DNA of 58,396 nt from an uncultured Bacteroidaceae bacterium (GTDB lineage Bacteria > Bacteroidota > Bacteroidia > Bacteroidales > Bacteroidaceae), in the NCBI GenBank assembly GCA_964485215.1, contig CAZAIM010000001.1, positions 1 through 58,396 on the forward strand, read 5' to 3'. Below the pieces are notes generated by a model that worked only from the letters and a program-made list of their open reading frames with translations, was not told the origin of the DNA and made no database searches. The position numbers and the translations under genes are program-made. Below, piece after piece: positions 52,627 to 58,396 of this stretch (the first letter of the stretch is position 1; each line of letters opens with the position of its first letter).

Positions 52627-54324
52627 TTAATAATGTATTAGTAAATCAGGCGTAAAATTCCTAATATAAGTGCTGTGGCCCACTACCGTAGCCTCTGCTA
52701 TTGCAACAAAACAGCTGAGCGAAGAGGCAAACAGTTCTTGGTCCTCGGCTGCATCGCGCAGCAACAGCGATGCCATAATAGAATAGGCAGCCATCTCGTA
52801 GAGGCGGCGCGACAGGAAGTCAAGCGATTCGGCACTGCCTAACGACTGCACCTTGGCAAGCGCATCGTTATAGGATGCGACCATAGCCTTGATGCGCACA
52901 CGCAGCGGCTCAAGAGTCTCTGGAACAGGCGATGCAAGGTATTCCTCGAGAAGTTCCGAATAGAAACCGCTTGTTGCATAACGTATCGCAGCAACAACCT
53001 GCAACTGTGTCGTACCCTCATATATCGATGTTATTCGTGCATCACGGTAAAGACGCTCGCACACATAGTCGCGCATATAGCCCGACCCTCCATGAACCTG
53101 CACGGCATCGTATGCGTTCATATTGGAAAACTCACTTCCCATACCCTTTATCACAGGAGTAAGCGCGTCGGCCTTCTTCGAGAAGATTTTCGACTCGGCA
53201 CGTTCCTCGGGTGTAAGCGCACGTTCACGTGCTATGTCGGCAAACTGGTAGCTCATATCAACATTGCGTGCTGTTTCATAAAGCAGACTGCGTGCAGCAT
53301 CGAGCCTTGCCTTCATGGTTCCTACAAGTTCACGTACCGGCTGCAGGCTTATGATTGTCTTGCCGAACTGCTTACGTGAGTGGGCGTAGGAGAGAGCCTC
53401 GCTGTATGCTGCCTGTGCCAATGCCACACTTTGTGTCGCAATGCCCAGACGCGCTCCATTCATAAGCGACATCACATATTTTATGAGCCCCATCCTGCGG
53501 CTGCCGCAAAGTTCTGCCGGCGCATGGTCGAATACCACCTCGCAAGTGGGTGAACCGTGAATACCCATCTTGTCCTCAATTCTGCGGGTTCTTACACGTC
53601 CGCAACCCTTTTCACAGATGAACAGCGAAAGGCCTCGTCCATCCACACTGCCCTCCTCGCTGCGCGCAAGAACAAGGTGAATGTCACTGTCGCCGTTGGT
53701 AATGAAGCGTTTCACACCGTCGAGATACCAGCAACCATCCTCTTCGCTGTATGTAGCCTTCAGGCGCACACTCTGGAGGTCGCTGCCTGCGTCGGGTTCG
53801 GTAAGGTCCATAGACATCGTCGCACCGGCCGACACCTGTGGAAGATAATGTTCGCGTTGCTCATCGCTGCCGAAATTATATATTGTTGTCGCACAATCCT
53901 GCAACCCCCAAAGATTACCGAAACCGGCATCGGCACGGCATACAAGTTCCTGTACCATTGTAAAGATTGCAGTAGGGAAGTTCAAGCCACCATAGTTCCT
54001 GGGCAGCGAGACACCCATAAGACCTGCCTTGCGGAAGAGGTCGAGATTCTCCTCGGTAGCCGGTGCATAGACAACACGGCCATCGGCGACCACAGGGCCT
54101 TCCGTCTCAATCCTGACGGCATTCCCGGCCACCACATCGGCACAAAGCTCACCTGCGAGGTGCAGCACCTGCTCATAGCCATAGAGAGCCTCTTCAAAAT
54201 CGACAGGTGCGTAATCATACTCGGCACTGTTGGCAAAATCGCGCTCCTTCATTGCAACGATGCGCTTAAGAAGGGGGTGCTTCAGATAGAACTGAAGTTC
54301 TTTATTATCGCTATAATAGTTCAT
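52627..54324 (-). CDS. acyl-CoA dehydrogenase family protein with extended C-terminal domain
   Basis: Motifs LTEPDAGSD, KRFITNGD, AQAAYSEALSYAHSRKQFG and the C-terminal catalytic region IYEGTTQLQ are present. It is about 170 aa longer than short-chain Bcd-type enzymes. Confidence 0.85.
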   Translation of the reverse strand: MNYYSDNKELQFYLKHPLLKRIVAMKERDFANSAEYDYAPVDFEEALYGYEQVLHLAGELCADVVAGNAVRIETEGPVVADGRVVYAPATEENLDLFRKAGLMGVSLPRNYGGLNFPTAIFTMVQELVCRADAGFGNLWGLQDCATTIYNFGSDEQREHYLPQVSAGATMSMDLTEPDAGSDLQSVRLKATYSEEDGCWYLDGVKRFITNGDSDIHLVLARSEEGSVDGRGLSLFICEKGCGRVRTRRIEDKMGIHGSPTCEVVFDHAPAELCGSRRMGLIKYVMSLMNGARLGIATQSVALAQAAYSEALSYAHSRKQFGKTIISLQPVRELVGTMKARLDAARSLLYETARNVDMSYQFADIARERALTPEERAESKIFSKKADALTPVIKGMGSEFSNMNAYDAVQVHGGSGYMRDYVCERLYRDARITSIYEGTTQLQVVAAIRYATSGFYSELLEEYLASPVPETLEPLRVRIKAMVASYNDALAKVQSLGSAESLDFLSRRLYEMAAYSIMASLLLRDAAEDQELFASSLSCFVAIAEATVVGHSTYIRNFTPDLLIHY

Positions 54325-55340
54325 TGTTTCTGCTGGTAAAAGGTTATCAACTTAGGAATTACTTCTTCCACTCTGCCGGTTATGACGTAATCGGCCAGTG
54401 CATTTATAGGAGCATCGGGGTCGCTGTTTACCGATATTATTATACCGCTCTCCTGCATACCAGAGACGTGCTGCACCTGACCCGAAATGCCACAGGCAAA
54501 ATAGACCTTGGGGCGCACCGTAAGGCCGGTAGAACCTATCTGGCGGTCGTGGGTCGTATAACCGGCATCTATCGCCGCACGCGTCGCGCCCACCTCGCCG
54601 TGCAGCAGGTGTGCAAGAGTGAAGAGCTTGTCAAAATTCTCTTTGCTTCCCATACCGTAACCGCCTGCAATTACAATCGGGGCGTTCTTGAGATTATTGT
54701 CGGCCGCCTTGACATGACGTTCTATTACCTCTACCACAAAGCACTCCTCGGGTACATAGGCCGATACATCGTGCGATATTGTCGTTCCTTCGTAAGAGGC
54801 AGGACGTACCTCGCGGCAGCACATAACACCCTCACGCACCGTTGCCATCTGCGGACGGTTGTAAGGGTTCACTATTGTGGCCACGATGTTTCCGCCGAAC
54901 GCCGGACGCACCTGATAGAGGAGGTTGTCAATTACAACGCCTTTCTTCTTGTCTTCATAAGTGCCTATCTCGAGTGACGTACAGTCGGCGGTAAGTCCGC
55001 AATGCAGTTCGGCGGTAATGCGAGGCGCAAGGTCGCGACCGATTATTGTCGCACCAAGAAGGAATATCTGATACCCCTCCTCCTTTACCAGCCTGCAAAG
55101 AGCCGCAGTCTGCGGCAAGGTTGTATAGAGAGCCAGACGTTCATCATCGAACAGATGAAGTTTGTCAACGCCATATTTATAGACCTGCCCGGCAACAGAA
55201 GAGAGATTATGTCCTATTGCCACTGCATCGAGTTCAACACCCAGTTTGTCGGCAAGGCGACGGCCTTCGCTAAGCAGTTCAAGGCTTACGTCTGCAACAC
55301 GCGTGCCGTCAAGTTCACAATATACTAATATGTTGTTCAT
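54321..55340 (-). CDS. etfA: electron transfer flavoprotein subunit alpha (FixB/EtfA)
   Basis: FAD-binding blocks are present: IVIAGGYGMGS, GATRAAIDAGY....QIGSTG..V.PKVYFACGISGQVQH. Its start overlaps the downstream ACAD gene (54321 vs 54324). Confidence 0.85.
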   Translation of the reverse strand: MNNILVYCELDGTRVADVSLELLSEGRRLADKLGVELDAVAIGHNLSSVAGQVYKYGVDKLHLFDDERLALYTTLPQTAALCRLVKEEGYQIFLLGATIIGRDLAPRITAELHCGLTADCTSLEIGTYEDKKKGVVIDNLLYQVRPAFGGNIVATIVNPYNRPQMATVREGVMCCREVRPASYEGTTISHDVSAYVPEECFVVEVIERHVKAADNNLKNAPIVIAGGYGMGSKENFDKLFTLAHLLHGEVGATRAAIDAGYTTHDRQIGSTGLTVRPKVYFACGISGQVQHVSGMQESGIIISVNSDPDAPINALADYVITGRVEEVIPKLITFYQQKQ

Positions 55341-55344
55341 TTGA

Positions 55345-56217
55345 TTATCCTATTGTATGGTTTTCAACCAGCTCCGACACGAGAGCCTTTATATTCTCAT
55401 CGGTGGCAGCATAACACTTGCTCTCCTTGGCCTTGAAGATAATATTGTCTACCTTCTTCACCTTTGTAGGAGAGCCCGAAAGACCACAGCGCGAAGCGTC
55501 ACCGCCCACAAATTCAAGATTCCACTCCTTTATATTGAGAGCATCGTCATTCTTTACCTGCTGCAAATATCTGTATCCTTCGGCAGCCTGTTCCTGCGGT
55601 GTTGCCGCGCGGTGGAAGCGTAGCATACGGTATACATTGCGCGGACGGCAGGGTGCCGCAGCACCGTCAACCGTAAGCAACAGCGGATAGGGAGCCTTCA
55701 CAACCTCGGTTCCATTCTCTATTGAACGTTCGAGGAGCATTGTACCGTCACCCTTGGAGATAACACGGCGCACGTATGTAACCTGAGGAAGGCCAAGCAT
55801 CTGCGCAACCTGAGGACCGACCTGGGCCGTGTCGCCGTCGATAGCCTGACGGCCACACAATATGACATCGGCAGCCCCAACCTTGCGCACAGCCATTGAC
55901 AGGGCATATGACGTAGCCAAAGTGTCGGCACCGGCAAAGGCACGGTCACTGAGCAGCACACCCTCGTCGGCACCGCGGTACAACGCCTCGCGAAGTATAT
56001 CTGCCGCACGCGCAGGCCCCATCGTTATTACAGTTATCTTACTCCCCGGATTGACATCCTTCAGAAGCAAAGCCTGCTCCAGAGCATTCAAGTCGTCGGG
56101 GTTGAATATTGCAGGGAGTGCCGCACGGTTTATTGTTCCGTCGGCATTCATTGCCTGCTCACCCACATTACGGGTGTCGGGCACCTGTTTTGCCAATACT
56201 ATAATTTTCAGTTCCAT
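55345..56217 (-). CDS. etfB: electron transfer flavoprotein subunit beta (FixA/EtfB)
   Basis: MELKIIVLAKQVPD.........NP.D.NALE.AL.LK......ITVITMGP..A...LREALY.GAD..VLLSD....GADTLATSYAL fits the EtfB family. A 4-nt gap separates it from etfA. Confidence 0.85.
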   Translation of the reverse strand: MELKIIVLAKQVPDTRNVGEQAMNADGTINRAALPAIFNPDDLNALEQALLLKDVNPGSKITVITMGPARAADILREALYRGADEGVLLSDRAFAGADTLATSYALSMAVRKVGAADVILCGRQAIDGDTAQVGPQVAQMLGLPQVTYVRRVISKGDGTMLLERSIENGTEVVKAPYPLLLTVDGAAAPCRPRNVYRMLRFHRAATPQEQAAEGYRYLQQVKNDDALNIKEWNLEFVGGDASRCGLSGSPTKVKKVDNIIFKAKESKCYAATDENIKALVSELVENHTIG

Positions 56218-56441
56218 AATTCAAATATTACTTTTAAGGTACACCGCACCTGCATTTGCAAGCAGAAAAGAGACCTTTTGCAGTGTACAGTTATAGAGCT
56301 CTACAGGCTGCAAAGATATAAATTGTTCCAATAAAATTCAAAGTTACCCCAAAAATTTGAGCAACCGCACATTATTAATAAATAATTTTAACTGACAGAT
56401 GAAAAAAATATATAAAAGTTCGTTTCTTTATCACAAATTGT

Positions 56442-56449
56442 TATCTTCG
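56442..56449 (+). promoter_or_regulatory. candidate -7 box (TATCTTCG) upstream of the GH5 gene
   Basis: TATCTTCGCAAG (56442-56453) is identical to the 12-mer at 5712-5723. It lies 28 nt upstream of ATG 56477 and inside the longer track ORF that starts at 56399. Confidence 0.45.
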
Positions 56450-56476
56450 CAAGATGAACCAAGCAAAACGTTTTTT

Positions 56477-57799
56477 ATGAAATATATTGCAAAAATATGG
56501 CTATTGCCTATACTGGCTCTTATTGCCACTACATCCTGCAACAGCGCGCGCCGCGTGCAGCAGCCATCGGACGCGATGACCAGGAGCATCATATCTACCG
56601 ACGGCACATCATTCACAAAGGAAGGAAAGCCTTATAGATACATTGGCACAAACCTATGGTATGCGAGCATTCTTGCATCCACCGGCGAAGGAGGCGACAG
56701 GGAGAGATTCTGCAAGGAACTCGACCGGCTCAGGAGTATAGGGGTCACCAATCTGAGGATTGCGGCAGGCCCCGATGCCGGCAGCGACCTAGCCAACCCG
56801 GCTAAGCCATACTTGCAGATTTCACCGGGAGTTTTGAACGACACCATTCTGCAAGGACTCGATTTCGCCATTGCCGAACTGGAGAAACGCGGAATGTATG
56901 CCGTAATATACCTGAACAATGCCTGGGACTGGAGCGGCGGTTACGGCTTCTACCTCAAGGAGTGCGGCTATGGCGACTCGCCCAACACCAATGAAGATGG
57001 CGGCTACAACCGCTATGTAGAGTATTGCGCAAACTTTGCACGCGAGCCAAGGGCTCTTGAATTGTACTACAGCTACATCAGGCAGATTGTATCGCGCAAG
57101 AACAGCATCACCGGGCGCAGCTACAAGGAAGAACCGGCAATCATGTCGTGGCAGCTGTGCAATGAACCGCGTCCGTTTGCAAAAGAGAACAAAGAACTGT
57201 TTGCAAAATGGATATCCGATGCAGCTGCACTCATAAAAAGCATTGACCCTAATCACCTTGTATCAACCGGTAGCGAGGGATATATCGGCTGCGAGGTCGA
57301 CATGGAACTGTGCGAGCTCATTCATGCCGACAGGAACATAGATTACCTGACCATTCACATCTGGCCGGTCAACTGGGGATGGGCACCGCGAGAGAACCCC
57401 GACAGCGGTATAGAGAACGCCTGCGAGAAAAGCGGCAGATACATTGAAGAGCACATAGAACTTGCCAACAAGATAAACAAGCCACTTGTCATCGAGGAGT
57501 TCGGATACTCACGGAAAGGAAATGTTTCGGGAGTGGACATACCAACCGATAGCCGTGATATTTTCTACGGCTTCATTTTCGGGCAGGTAAAGAAGAGCAT
57601 CGAAAAGGGCGGCCCCATTGCAGGATGCAATTTCTGGGGCTGGGGCGGCAGCGGCCGTCCGCGCGACCTTGTATGGCAGCCTGGCGACGACTATCTGTGC
57701 GACCCTCCGCATGAGCCACAGGGTTGGTACTCGGTATTCGACTGCGACACAACGACCATAGAAATCATAAAAAGATATTCAAAGGAAATAAACAGATAA
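56477..57799 (+). CDS. glycoside hydrolase family 5 lipoprotein (probable beta-mannanase)
   Basis: Start set at ATG 56477, giving MKYIAKIWLLPILALIATTSCNS with a lipobox. The acid/base motif is WQLCNEPRP and the nucleophile motif is LVIEEFG. HIWP lies between them, as in clan GH-A cellulase/mannanase folds. Confidence 0.7.
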   Translation: MKYIAKIWLLPILALIATTSCNSARRVQQPSDAMTRSIISTDGTSFTKEGKPYRYIGTNLWYASILASTGEGGDRERFCKELDRLRSIGVTNLRIAAGPDAGSDLANPAKPYLQISPGVLNDTILQGLDFAIAELEKRGMYAVIYLNNAWDWSGGYGFYLKECGYGDSPNTNEDGGYNRYVEYCANFAREPRALELYYSYIRQIVSRKNSITGRSYKEEPAIMSWQLCNEPRPFAKENKELFAKWISDAAALIKSIDPNHLVSTGSEGYIGCEVDMELCELIHADRNIDYLTIHIWPVNWGWAPRENPDSGIENACEKSGRYIEEHIELANKINKPLVIEEFGYSRKGNVSGVDIPTDSRDIFYGFIFGQVKKSIEKGGPIAGCNFWGWGGSGRPRDLVWQPGDDYLCDPPHEPQGWYSVFDCDTTTIEIIKRYSKEINR

Positions 57800-57812
57800 A
57801 AAACCTATAACT

Positions 57813-58396
57813 ATGTACAAGAAAGACAACCGTATTGTTGCCACGCTCGATGCCGGCGGCACAAACTTTGTGTTCGGCGCAATGAAAGCCGGAGAGTTCA
57901 TCATAGAACCAGTTTCTGTTCCGGCGCAGTCCCATGACCTCGACCTCTGCCTGCAGAACATGGTCAGCGGCTTCAGGCAGGTATTCGACAAACTTGAAGA
58001 AAAGCCGGTAGCCATAAGCTTCGCATTCCCCGGCCCTGCCGACTACCCCAACGGCATCATAGGCGGATACCTCCCGAACTTCCCTTCGTTCCGCGAAGGC
58101 GTAGCATTGGGAGCGTTCCTTGAGAAACAGTTCGGGGTTCCTGTATTCATAAACAACGACGGCGACCTCTTCGCTTACGGTGAAGCCCTTTGCGGTGTCT
58201 TGCCCGAGATAAACAGTCGCCTGAAGGAACTGGGTTCTACAAAGCAGTACAAGAACCTTATAGGCTACACGCTGGGCACAGGGTTCGGCATTGGCGTTGT
58301 AATTGACAACCGCCTGAACAGAGGCGACAACTCATGCGTAGAGACATTCTGCCTGCGTCACAAGGAGATGCCCGATGTTATTGTTGAAGAGGGGGT
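57813..58396 (+). CDS. ROK-family sugar kinase (5' part; runs off the window end)
   Basis: ATG 57813 lies 14 nt after the GH5 stop. The hand translation is MYKKDNRIVATLDAGGTNFVFGAM....AISFAFPGPADYPNGIIGG...VPVFINNDGDLFAYGE. It shows the ATP-binding DxGGT and ROK-type NDG motifs. No stop codon occurs before position 58396. Confidence 0.75.
   Translation, partial: MYKKDNRIVATLDAGGTNFVFGAMKAGEFIIEPVSVPAQSHDLDLCLQNMVSGFRQVFDKLEEKPVAISFAFPGPADYPNGIIGGYLPNFPSFREGVALGAFLEKQFGVPVFINNDGDLFAYGEALCGVLPEINSRLKELGSTKQYKNLIGYTLGTGFGIGVVIDNRLNRGDNSCVETFCLRHKEMPDVIVEEG

Noticed and set aside
53557-54339. 260-aa plus-strand ORF antisense to the acyl-CoA dehydrogenase gene
   Set aside because: It is a shadow ORF, whereas the minus-strand frame has unambiguous ACAD motifs.
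1-58396. A search for CRISPR arrays, IS elements or transposases, integrases, rRNA genes, toxin-antitoxin pairs and restriction-modification genes
   Set aside because: I saw no regularly spaced direct repeats, no DDE or tyrosine/serine recombinase motifs and no rRNA-like segments. The only RNA gene supported is tRNA-Pro.

Overview
This 58.4-kb chromosomal segment reads as a Bacteroidales (Bacteroidota) genome that has a type IX secretion system. The evidence is two SusC/SusD pairs, PorX plus a PorW/SprE-like TPR lipoprotein, an S46 dipeptidyl-peptidase, TAnnTTTG-type -7 promoter boxes, and a giant cargo protein ending in a T9SS C-terminal sorting domain. I support about 44 protein genes, one tRNA-Pro(GGG) and several strong terminator hairpins. 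Two of the genes, a rubredoxin and a small HTH protein, fall below the ORF-track size cutoff and were translated by hand. Housekeeping content: pyrC-like amidohydrolase, a stand-alone MetH activation domain, plsC, tsaE, ygiQ, cobB-type sirtuin, aroC, slyD, FKBP isomerases, acyl-CoA dehydrogenase with etfBA, an Lrp regulator, a C26-M19 peptidase fusion, and GH5 plus a ROK kinase. Four blocks are unusual. (i) At 13148-18068 there is a six-gene, kinase-less cassette: FHA, PP2C, an exported caspase, an acidic EF-hand protein and a LytTR protein. I cannot map it to any named system, and it is my best candidate for an undescribed system. (ii) Next to it is a 1566-aa CotH-domain T9SS cargo protein with discoidin and dockerin-like modules. 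(iii) At 31383-46947 there is a tandem [fasciclin lipoprotein - SusC - SusD] x2 locus with no CAZyme and no regulator. (iv) Upstream of that lie an intergenic region packed with long A/T homopolymer tracts and a gene pair encoding a CxxCH/PD40 lipoprotein and a large polytopic membrane protein. No CRISPR array, transposase, integrase or rRNA was seen. All assignments come from motif recognition on translated ORFs and manual reading of the DNA; no database search was possible.
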